Assembly: GCA_902794945.1 (NCBI GenBank)
Contig: CADBJA010000019.1
Span: 1-19,063, forward strand
Reading direction: 5' to 3'
DNA: 19,063 bases
From: Oscillospiraceae bacterium
GTDB lineage: Bacteria > Bacillota > Clostridia > Oscillospirales > Acutalibacteraceae
Part shown: positions 1 to 7,312 of the stretch, piece by piece
How the letters are laid out: the number at the start of each line of letters is the position of its first letter
Position numbering within the stretch: the first letter of the stretch is position 1
Program-made: the position numbers and the translations under genes
The notes under the pieces: model-generated
Seen by the model: the letters and a program-made list of their open reading frames with translations, nothing else
Database searches by the model: none
Told to the model about the DNA's origin: nothing

Positions 1-95
1 CATATTTAAGCCAATCTTGGATTAAAACCAAACAAATACAATCAAGTGCGAATGTGTCGCCCTTAATTATTCACTATTCATCATTCATTATTCAT

Positions 96-127
96 TAAAA
101 AAAGAGGTCAACGACCTCTTTTTTTAA
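96..127. terminator. Bidirectional rho-independent terminator following ispF.
   Basis: A hairpin runs from agaggtc (103-109) to gacctct (113-119). It is flanked by A7 upstream and T8 downstream, and it overlaps the ispF stop at 124-126. The same hairpin-plus-flanks cassette recurs at 7280-7312. Confidence 0.6.
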
Positions 128-591
128 TCTATCAGGCACACTGCAAGTGCGCTGATGCCTTCTTCTTTGCCGGTAAAGCCCAAGCCCTCTTCGGTGGTGG
201 CTTTTACGCTGATATTGTTTGCATCGGTTTTTAATGCCACGGCTATATTCTCACGCATTTGAAGAATATGCGGGCTCATTTTCGGTTTTTGCGCAATAAT
301 GGTGGCATCTACATTGATAATCCGGTACCCGTTTTGCGCCAATAAATCGCCGACTGCCTCAAGCAGTTTTAAACTGTCGGCACCTTTATACCGCTCATCG
401 GTATCGGGAAAATGTTTGCCGATATCACCCAATGCCGCAGCACCCAAAAGAGCATCTGCTATCGCGTGCAAAAGCACATCCGCATCCGAATGGCCCAACA
501 AGCCTTTTTCATAAGGAATGTTTACGCCGCCGATGATTAACGCCCTGTTTTCGCAAAGGCGATGCACATCATACCCCTGACCAATTCTCAT
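124..591 (-). CDS. ispF: 2-C-methyl-D-erythritol 2,4-cyclodiphosphate synthase (IspF).
   Basis: The 155-aa product has the IspF hallmarks: DVHRL near the N-terminus, [11 protein letters not shown], and a size matching full-length IspF (about 155-160 aa). An AAAGGA RBS lies 9 nt upstream of the ATG at 591. Confidence 0.9.
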   Translation of the reverse strand: MRIGQGYDVHRLCENRALIIGGVNIPYEKGLLGHSDADVLLHAIADALLGAAALGDIGKHFPDTDERYKGADSLKLLEAVGDLLAQNGYRIINVDATIIAQKPKMSPHILQMRENIAVALKTDANNISVKATTEEGLGFTGKEEGISALAVCLID

Positions 592-610
592 TTTGTATTC
601 CTTTCTAAAA

Positions 611-646
611 AATCAGCCGAGAAAACTCGGCTGATTTTCTTTTTTA
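611..646 (-). terminator. Terminator between the PrsA-like gene and ispF.
   Basis: There is a perfect 11-bp stem (aatcagccgag 611-621 pairing with ctcggctgatt 626-636) with an aaaa loop. T/A runs sit on both sides. On the minus strand the stem is followed by UUUUU directly after the stop codon at 644. Confidence 0.6.
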
Positions 647-2278
647 TTGTGCTGCAGCAGTTGTTGCGACTGTGGTAGTGGTGGATTTTTGTGCATCTTT
701 ATAATCTTGCACTTCTTTAATCTTGCTCCAGCCGAAGTTTGAAACATCAACCGTAATCGCATCTAATTTGCCCTGAACATTTTTCTCTGCATAATCAGTC
801 GCCATATCGGTCGGAACCTGTGTTTTCCAGTAAGCGCCGTTATGCTTCACAAAATACATTAAGTGATAACCGTAACTGGTTTTAACGATATCGGTATCAC
901 CGGTTTTTCTGGATTTATCGAAGCACCAAGCATCAAATGTATCCACCATTTGTCCCGGAGTAACGGATTCGTATAAACCGCCGTTATCTTTGGAACCGGG
1001 GTCACTTGATTTTTCTTTGGCAAGTTCGATGAAGTAATCTTCTGTCGGTTTCTTTTTCCATTGTGAATAAATGGTATCAATCTGCTCTTTTGCTTCTTTC
1101 CAGGCAGCATCATCCTCGGTGCTGGAAGGTTTAATCAAAATATGGCGCACTGCAACTGTATTGAAATTTCCGGCAGGCGTTTTAATTACAATAATATCAA
1201 ATTGGAAAGTATTGGATTCGTAGTTTGCAGAATAAACCATACCGGTTTGATTTGCTGCGGTGGCGTTTGCCACCCATAACTGCCCCTTTTCGCCGAGAGA
1301 AGTCATTTTTTGAGAGATGATGCCGGTAAAGGTCATTGTATCTGCCGTGTAAGATGTCGCAGAATCTTTCTTTTGCTTTTTCTCGTAGGCATTCACTAAA
1401 TCCACAAAATTAGAGGGATTTGCTTTTGCGGTTTTGTAGGCGGAAGCAATAATTTTGTTCTTATCGGCATCTTTCAAGCCCTTTTTGGAGAGTTTGTCAG
1501 CCACTTTGGAAGTATCTACTTTCACCGTGTATGCCATAGCGGATGCGGTGGTGTAGTTTTGCTTGTTTTCGCTGTAATACTTTTTAATGTCACTGTCTTT
1601 TAATGACTTTTTATAAGTATCTTGCATATTTTGTTGCGCATTTTGTGCTTTGTAAACATTTTCAAGCCAGGTGCGCAAAACACTCTTATTAACGCCGATA
1701 CCGTAAACTTCTCTGATATAAGCGTTTAAAGAGAACTTGTTATTGGTAGCGGACTCACTCAAAGTGTCGAAAGTTTCGTCAATCTCTTTGATTTGGTCTT
1801 CCGTTAAGGTGTTACCCTCTTCATCTTTGAAAGTGTAAATCTGCTTAATATGCTCTTTTGCCTGTTCCTCAAAGTACTCGCCCCAAGTTTTGGAACTGTC
1901 GTACACACAAGAATCGGTGCTCTTGGTGTCGGTAGTATAGAAGCCCTGACCGTAAGACTTCTCATACTGTTGGCTTGCATTGTAAACTTGATTTTTTACA
2001 TCGGCAAACGCACAGTTCATCTCAGCCACGCTCACACTCTTACCATCTACTTTAGCAGCGGTAATCATACGGTTAAACACGCCGAAAAAGTTTAATAATA
2101 AACAGATAATGGTGACACAAAGGCAACATGCCACAACAATACCGACAATCTTTTCCGTTTTCTTTACCTGTTCGCGGTTACGGTTAAAGTAACTGTTTTT
2201 CTTTTTCTTTTCTTTTTCAATTCTCTTTTTTCTTTCGAGTCTGTATTGTTCAGCCTCGCTTAATTTTTCCTTTGCCAT
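644..2278 (-). CDS. Membrane-anchored peptidyl-prolyl cis-trans isomerase (PrsA/SurA-like foldase).
   Basis: The N-terminus is a basic cytoplasmic tail followed by one TM helix (IVGIVVACCLCVTIICLLLNFFGVF). A SurA_N-like chaperone domain follows (AAKVDGKSVSVAEM...). The C-terminal part is parvulin/PpiC-like (GGLYESVTPGQMVDTFDAWCF...TSYGYHLMYF). An AAGGGG RBS is 8 nt upstream. The protein is paralogous to the N-domain of the 2354-4015 product. Confidence 0.7.
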   Translation of the reverse strand: MAKEKLSEAEQYRLERKKRIEKEKKKKNSYFNRNREQVKKTEKIVGIVVACCLCVTIICLLLNFFGVFNRMITAAKVDGKSVSVAEMNCAFADVKNQVYNASQQYEKSYGQGFYTTDTKSTDSCVYDSSKTWGEYFEEQAKEHIKQIYTFKDEEGNTLTEDQIKEIDETFDTLSESATNNKFSLNAYIREVYGIGVNKSVLRTWLENVYKAQNAQQNMQDTYKKSLKDSDIKKYYSENKQNYTTASAMAYTVKVDTSKVADKLSKKGLKDADKNKIIASAYKTAKANPSNFVDLVNAYEKKQKKDSATSYTADTMTFTGIISQKMTSLGEKGQLWVANATAANQTGMVYSANYESNTFQFDIIVIKTPAGNFNTVAVRHILIKPSSTEDDAAWKEAKEQIDTIYSQWKKKPTEDYFIELAKEKSSDPGSKDNGGLYESVTPGQMVDTFDAWCFDKSRKTGDTDIVKTSYGYHLMYFVKHNGAYWKTQVPTDMATDYAEKNVQGKLDAITVDVSNFGWSKIKEVQDYKDAQKSTTTTVATTAAAQ

Positions 2279-2319
2279 GAATATACCCCTTTCGGATTGT
2301 TTGTTAATGCAACTTTAAT

Positions 2320-2348
2320 ATAATACTATATTTGAACTTATTTTGCAA
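2320..2348 (-). promoter_or_regulatory. Sigma-A-type promoter for the PrsA-like gene.
   Basis: On the minus strand the sequence reads TTGCAA, a 17-nt spacer, then TATTAT. The -35 is at 2343-2348 and the -10 at 2320-2325. There is no terminator between this gene and the one upstream of it. Confidence 0.45.
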
Positions 2349-2353
2349 CAAGT

Positions 2354-4015
2354 TTAAAAACTGAGATTTCTTAAAATCATACCGAGTCCGGATTTTACTT
2401 GCGTATTCTCACGAATGCCTTCCACATATTTTTTTCCCTTTTCGGCAGACACTTCATTGATAGCGGCATCTTTAATTAAGTCTTCACTCTTATGTTTTGC
2501 CTCAATAAGCATTGCCACTTCCGCAAATGTTTCATCATCACTTAAACCGCAAACGGTTTTCCCTTTTTTGGCTTTCGGATTGGTTAACAGTTCTGCAACC
2601 GGTCTGTTTTGAATGTTGGCAACAGCCATATCTTTTACCAAAGTAGAATCTTCATCCTTATACATAGCGGCACTATCTTTGGAAACATTCTCGGTAACAA
2701 GTTTATGGAACTGCTTTTCATCTTTCGCTTTGGCAATCTTTTCGACCGTTTTTAACGCTTTTTCTTTGGTAACGGAATCATTGACCTGCACATAGAAATA
2801 GCGGAAAGAAACGACTTCAAAGTTATCCGGATTTTCTTTATAAATCTTTTCTAACTGCTCTTTTGTGACATCTTTTAACATCACGCTCTTGTAATAAGAA
2901 TTGACATAAGCCGTTAATTCAAGGTATTCGGCAAAATCTTTTTCACTGATTTTCAAGCCATACATAGACTTCATATAATCTTCAAAAGACTGATTTGCCT
3001 GCTCGGCATAAGAATTTACATTTTTGATAGCATCCGTAACGGATTTTTCATCTTTCTCGGTCATTTCATAACCGGCTTTTTTACCCTCGTTGTAAATGCC
3101 GTAGTACAGTTTTAATGCATCTACGGTTTGGGATTTCAAGAAATCATCCCAAGTTTTATAATCTTCACTATTTTCATAGGTTTGTTTGGAAGGCTTTTCA
3201 TCAATATTAAAGCCGGAAGAAGTGTAATTTGCCGCATTCTCTATATAATAAACGGCTTTATATACATTCATCGGTACGGAGGTACCGTCCACCTTCACAA
3301 CGCTCTTATTGCCTGCAAAGAACAAAATGGCACACCAAATCGCAATCGCTAAAACCACACCCAAGCAGGCAAAGCCGACTTTTTTAAGCACCTTTTTCTT
3401 CTTTAAATGCTTTTGAATATCCTTTTCTTTATAAGCATCCAACACTTCGGTTTCAATGTGTATTTTTTCGCCGCACTGCGGGCAAACGATATTCTCATCA
3501 TCATCAATATCATCTGCCGAAAAATGCACAACCGCTTCACAAGCACCGCAATCGACAATGTAAGAGCCGCCTTTTTCATCTTCACTCCCATCATTTGATT
3601 TATCGACCAAATAATAATCGAGCGCCTCTTGATTAATTTCGATACTTTCATTACAATTCGGGCAAATGAGGTTACCCTCTTCATCTAAATCTTCTAACTC
3701 AAAATACACTTTTGTAGCGCAACTTTCACAATCAGCAGCATATTTTGCAAGCGTGATTTCTTTTTCAACTGCCTCTTCGTCGTTCACTTCATCACCCGGC
3801 GCATCGTTCACATCATTTAAAAAGGATTCTAATTCCTTTTCGCTTTCAACACCGTCAATCTCCGTATAAGTGTTTTCTTTCTTTTCGGATTCTGCTTCGG
3901 GTGTTGTTTCGGCAACAGTATCGGTTGCCTGCGTTTCATCGGATGCGGACACACTGTTTAAAGAAACTTCCGGTTCGAGTTCATTCTCGAGATTCTCTTT
4001 TTTATTTTCGTCCAT
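2354..4015 (-). CDS. Membrane protein with a cytoplasmic double zinc ribbon and an extracytoplasmic SurA_N-like chaperone domain and no parvulin domain.
   Basis: The N-terminal region is acidic. It carries two CxxC...CPxC zinc-ribbon motifs (CESCATKV...CPNCN and CGACEAVV...CPQCGEK). A TM helix follows (VGFACLGVVLAIAIWCAILFFAG), then an external domain similar to the neighbouring PrsA-like protein (VVKVDGTSVPMNVYKAVYYIENAANYT). An AAGGGG RBS sits 7 nt upstream. Confidence 0.6.
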   Translation of the reverse strand: MDENKKENLENELEPEVSLNSVSASDETQATDTVAETTPEAESEKKENTYTEIDGVESEKELESFLNDVNDAPGDEVNDEEAVEKEITLAKYAADCESCATKVYFELEDLDEEGNLICPNCNESIEINQEALDYYLVDKSNDGSEDEKGGSYIVDCGACEAVVHFSADDIDDDENIVCPQCGEKIHIETEVLDAYKEKDIQKHLKKKKVLKKVGFACLGVVLAIAIWCAILFFAGNKSVVKVDGTSVPMNVYKAVYYIENAANYTSSGFNIDEKPSKQTYENSEDYKTWDDFLKSQTVDALKLYYGIYNEGKKAGYEMTEKDEKSVTDAIKNVNSYAEQANQSFEDYMKSMYGLKISEKDFAEYLELTAYVNSYYKSVMLKDVTKEQLEKIYKENPDNFEVVSFRYFYVQVNDSVTKEKALKTVEKIAKAKDEKQFHKLVTENVSKDSAAMYKDEDSTLVKDMAVANIQNRPVAELLTNPKAKKGKTVCGLSDDETFAEVAMLIEAKHKSEDLIKDAAINEVSAEKGKKYVEGIRENTQVKSGLGMILRNLSF

Positions 4016-4062
4016 AATAATCCCCTTTACGGTTTTATTTTTAAATCAAAATACAACTACTT

Positions 4063-4091
4063 ATTTTATAATATTATTTAATATAAGTCAA
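4063..4091 (-). promoter_or_regulatory. Putative promoter of the 2354-4015 gene.
   Basis: On the minus strand the sequence reads TTGACT (4086-4091), a 17-nt spacer, then TAAAAT (4063-4068). It sits immediately beside the 24-bp tandem repeats. Confidence 0.4.
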
Positions 4092-4095
4092 TATG

Positions 4096-4191
4096 AAAAC
4101 AAAAATTAACAGTTCGGTAAAAACAAAAATTAACAGTTCGGTAAAAACAAAAATTAACAGTTCGGTAAAAACAAAAATTAACAGTTCGGTA
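4096..4191. repeat. Four perfect tandem copies of a 24-bp unit, aaaacaaaaattaacagttcggta.
   Basis: Copies occupy 4096-4119, 4120-4143, 4144-4167 and 4168-4191. Each contains ACAGTTCGG. Confidence 0.95.
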
Positions 4192-4198
4192 AAATTTA

Positions 4199-4282
4199 TA
4201 CCGGCGGCGCCGTGATACTTCGTCGGGGCGCTCTACGCTCACCGATCTCATAGTCCATCGGTCTCATAGTCCATCGGTCGCA
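4199..4282. repeat. Repeat element R1, homologous to R2 at 4757-4822. It contains an internal 16-bp tandem duplication (tcatagtccatcggtc, two copies).
   Basis: R1 reads accggcGgcgccgtgatActtcg...ctacgctc...catcggtcgc. R2 reads accggcAgcgccgtgatGcttcg...ctacgctcg...ccgtcggtcgc. Shared blocks appear in the same order. Confidence 0.5.
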
Positions 4283-4589
4283 ACAAAATTTTTATGCAAT
4301 TTTAATTACAGACTTATTTTTTAAAAATACAACAAGATATGCACATTTCAATGTTTCCTAATGAAATCGGGCTGTGCCCGATGAAATCCAAAATGCATAA
4401 TTTGGATGAAATCAAATCCGCCATCCGCCTTGGCGGATAGAAGAACCCGACCAACTTGCCAAATCAAAGATTTGGAGTTGGTGCCCGGAACCTTGGCGTT
4501 CGCGGCACCTTGTGCCGCTCGGCTGCATCGCTTGCGATTTCATCCGAGCAAAGCGAGGATTTCATCCACCTGTATAGGTGGATGAAATT

Positions 4590-4620
4590 AAAAAAGCAGT
4601 TCCGAAGAACTGCTGTTTTT
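4590..4620. terminator. Bidirectional terminator.
   Basis: An 8-bp stem (agcagttc pairing with gaactgct) with a cgaa loop spans 4595-4614. A6 precedes it and T5 follows it. Confidence 0.55.
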
Positions 4621-4660
4621 GGTAGCGGGAGCAGGACTCGAACCTGCGAGCCCGGGTTAT
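4620..4660 (-). pseudogene. 3' fragment of tRNA-fMet, an att-like duplicate.
   Basis: The first 30 nt (tggtagcgggagcaggactcgaacctgcga) are identical to the 3' end of the intact tRNA at 4856-4931, including the encoded CCA. The match continues through gggttat, then diverges. No 5' half is found. Confidence 0.6.
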
Positions 4661-4756
4661 CGCTTCGCGCCCTCAGAAATATGGTCGCACTGCTCGCTTG
4701 GAGCGCTTCGCATTTCTCCCTATTTCTTCACCTCACCATCACGGCTTCATCTGCCA

Positions 4757-4822
4757 CCGGCAGCGCCGTGATGCTTCGCCCCACCGAGCTACGCTCGTCG
4801 TCCTCATGAACCGTCGGTCGCA
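4757..4822. repeat. Repeat element R2, homologous to R1.
   Basis: See R1. It lies between the tRNA-fMet fragment and the intact tRNA-fMet terminator. Confidence 0.5.
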
Positions 4823-4825
4823 TAA

Positions 4826-4855
4826 AGAAAAAGCACTTTTTTTAAAGTGCTTTTT
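4826..4855. terminator. Bidirectional terminator directly after tRNA-fMet.
   Basis: A stem (aagcacttt 4831-4839 pairing with aaagtgctt 4844-4852) has a tttt loop and T/A runs on both sides. Confidence 0.55.
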
Positions 4856-4931
<76 letters not shown>

Positions 4932-5097
4932 ATATGTTTTTGTTGCTCAAGTATATTAGCACATTGTGGACCATTTGTCAACTGTTAAAATTAATTTTTC
5001 TTTTGTTTGAATGTTTTTCACTCTTGGGCAGATTAGGGCTTTATTAATTCATCAAAATTCGATATAATAAAAGCAAATAAAAAAATAAGGGGTAAAT

Positions 5098-5802
5098 ATG
5101 ATTAAATATGCAGTTTTTGATTTAGACGGTACGCTTGCACCGTATGATGCGGCAACCGATAGGGCAGATATAGCACTTTTAAAAGATATTGAAAATAAAG
5201 GGGTTCAAATCGTTATTTGTTCCGGCAAACCGGTGTTTTACTCTTGCGGGTTTTTGCGCCAAACGGGATTAAAAGAACCGATCATTATTGGTGAAAACGG
5301 CGCCGAAATCCAGTTCGGTTATAAACTGCCGCCATCATTTTTTTACCATATGCCCTACTCGGAACAGGCAAAAGAATCATTACACTTTTTCTATAAAAAA
5401 ATTAAAGAAGCAATTCCCGATATGTGGTTTCAACCGAACATGGTGGAGCTTTCCCCTTTCCCGAAATCTCGGGAAGAGTTTCGCATCATAGATGATATCA
5501 TCCAAAACAATCGGGAGCACATTCAAGATATCCATATCTTTAAGTATTTTGATTGTTATGATTTTATACCGATGAATATCAATAAAGGTGAAGCATTACG
5601 GTTTTTATCACAAAAGTTGAATATAAAACCGGATGAAATGATTAGTGTAGGCGACAGCCAAAACGATGCCGGTATGTTTGCCTATACAGGGGATTCTATT
5701 TCAATCGGTATGGGTGAAAAATCCACGGCAAAACAAGATGTCAGCACGCTTGCAAAAGCACTTGAAATAATATATAACGAGATAAAAAAAGATGAGTTAT
5801 AA
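5098..5802 (+). CDS. HAD-superfamily hydrolase, Cof-like subfamily IIB.
   Basis: The N-terminal motif FDLDGTL (DxDGT), the motif ICSGK, and the C-terminal GDSQND are all present. An AAGGGG RBS is 6-7 nt upstream. A possible -10 TATAAT lies at 5063-5068. Confidence 0.8.
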   Translation: MIKYAVFDLDGTLAPYDAATDRADIALLKDIENKGVQIVICSGKPVFYSCGFLRQTGLKEPIIIGENGAEIQFGYKLPPSFFYHMPYSEQAKESLHFFYKKIKEAIPDMWFQPNMVELSPFPKSREEFRIIDDIIQNNREHIQDIHIFKYFDCYDFIPMNINKGEALRFLSQKLNIKPDEMISVGDSQNDAGMFAYTGDSISIGMGEKSTAKQDVSTLAKALEIIYNEIKKDEL

Positions 5803-5825
5803 TATAAAATGCGTGTAAGTCTTTT

Positions 5826-6506
5826 TTAACCGCCTAAAATACAAAATTTAAAAATTCCAACAAATTGCAGCACACTGCCCGCTAAAATAAATAAGTGAAA
5901 AATCATATGGAAAAACTGCTTTTTTCTTCCTAAAGCGAAAAAAATCATACCCAGAGAATACACGGCACCGCCGCCTATTATCCATATAATCATCTCAATA
6001 CCGTATGCCTTATAAAGCGGGTAAAGCATTAATAAAGCGGACCAGCCGACTATGAAATAACCGCTCATACAAAGTTTTTCATACTTTTTAAAGTCAATCG
6101 CCGTAAAGGGAACACAAATGGCAGTACCAATAATTACTAACGCCAAAACAATGTAAAAAATCACTTTGTTCTGTTCTCTCACGCCGGTGAATAAAATCGG
6201 AAAAAAAGAGCCTAAAATTAAGCCGAAAATTGAACAATGGTCGAGCACTTGCATAATCTTTTTGGGGCGTTCCGGTGTTAAACCGTGATACACACTTGAT
6301 ATCGTGTAAAGATAAATCATCATGATACCGTACACAATACCTCCGGTAATGCCCCAATAATTATGTCTAAGCCCTGCAAATACACTGCATAAGACCAAAA
6401 CAACCAAACCGAAAGCGGCACCGACAATGTGTGTAATCATATTGCCGATTTCTTCACGCCTTGTAAAACCCGGCAATTTCCTATCATCTATTTTTGTTCG
6501 CCGCAT
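5826..6506 (-). CDS. Hemolysin III / PAQR family integral membrane protein.
   Basis: It has seven predicted TM segments and the family motifs N..TH (EIGNMITHIVG), HGL, DHCSIF and HxxFH (HMIFHLF). A GAGGTG RBS is 6 nt upstream. Confidence 0.85.
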   Translation of the reverse strand: MRRTKIDDRKLPGFTRREEIGNMITHIVGAAFGLVVLVLCSVFAGLRHNYWGITGGIVYGIMMIYLYTISSVYHGLTPERPKKIMQVLDHCSIFGLILGSFFPILFTGVREQNKVIFYIVLALVIIGTAICVPFTAIDFKKYEKLCMSGYFIVGWSALLMLYPLYKAYGIEMIIWIIGGGAVYSLGMIFFALGRKKQFFHMIFHLFILAGSVLQFVGIFKFCILGG

Positions 6507-6599
6507 AGATTCACCTCTGTTGATTAATAAAAGTATTTTAAATGAAATGTGATAAAAAAATCAACACCTGTCCGTTATTTTATTGTAAATTAATTGTGA

Positions 6600-7310
6600 A
6601 CAAAATAATGATTTCGTTTTCTACTTCATTCTTTTTCAGGCGAATAATATCCCCCTCCTTATGCCTTGTGCATTAATAATCGGGTGCGGGTGTCCCGCCC
6701 TCAATTAGCACTGAAAGTGCGGCTTCATTAGGCGACTTGTCGCCGACTTCATTATTCATTAGCGAAGGCCTTACAACCGGGAGGGCACAGAGAGCCTCCC
6801 CTACAGGTTGCTGTGCTTTTTCTTTCGGGCGGATAGTATCCGCCCCTACTTGTGACTTATGCCTTGTGCCTTAAATTGACTACCCCTCTGTCACTTCGTG
6901 ACATCTCCCCTAAATTTGACAATCCCTCCACCGCTTACGCGGTCCCCCTCCTAACCGGAGCCCGTACCCTCTGTCACTTCGTGACATCTCCCTGCACTGC
7001 AGGGAGTCACCCTTTACACAAGGGAGGCAAATCGGGGCGATGTAAAGCGGTTAAGATGAAAACATCATATTTACATTCATCAAATATTAGAGCGAAGCGA
7101 AACGGGTGCGGGTGTTCCCGCCCTTCATATTGGCGAAGCCAATACTTCATATGCCGTTGGCATACTTCATAGCGAAGCTACTTCATTTGCGCACCGCGCA
7201 AACTTCATTCAGCGGTCTTTGACCGCTGCTGTCCCGCCCTCAATTATTCACTATTCACTCTTCATCCTTCATTAAAAATGGTAGAGGTCTTACGACCTCT
7301 ACCGATTTTT
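6600..7310. repeat. A 700-bp GC-rich noncoding hairpin array, the largest member of a repeat family dispersed through this window.
   Basis: Dozens of short palindromes are present. Five tandem units (7123-7225) have the form ACTTCAT plus a variable 9-20 nt palindrome. A 26-bp direct repeat (ccctctgtcacttcgtgacatctccc) occurs at 6884-6909 and 6967-6992. A 14-bp repeat (cttatgccttgtgc) occurs at 6658 and 6856. GGGTGCGGGTGT(T)CCCGCCC occurs at 6681 and 7105. A module ending in a terminator (7225-7312) is homologous to 44-127. Confidence 0.6.
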
Positions 7311-7312
7311 TT
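7280..7312 (-). terminator. Terminator of the TPM-domain gene.
   Basis: A 10-bp stem (ggtagaggtc 7280-7289 pairing with gacctctacc 7294-7303) has a ttac loop. A5 and T7 flank it, and it overlaps the stop codon at 7311-7313. Confidence 0.6.

Noticed and set aside
299-514. Plus-strand ORF inside ispF, and similar short antisense ORFs inside other genes (for example 1850..2095, 13127..13693, 15253..15597).
   Set aside because: They lie fully within well-supported genes on the opposite strand, have no RBS and give low-complexity translations.
4096-4191. A possible CRISPR array, given the regular 24-bp repeats.
   Set aside because: The units are directly tandem with no intervening spacers, and only four copies are present. 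This is a simple tandem repeat and not a CRISPR array.
6852-7172. Tracked ORF 6852..7172 on the plus strand (106 aa).
   Set aside because: It lies entirely inside the hairpin-array repeat. It has no RBS, and its composition is driven by the palindromes.
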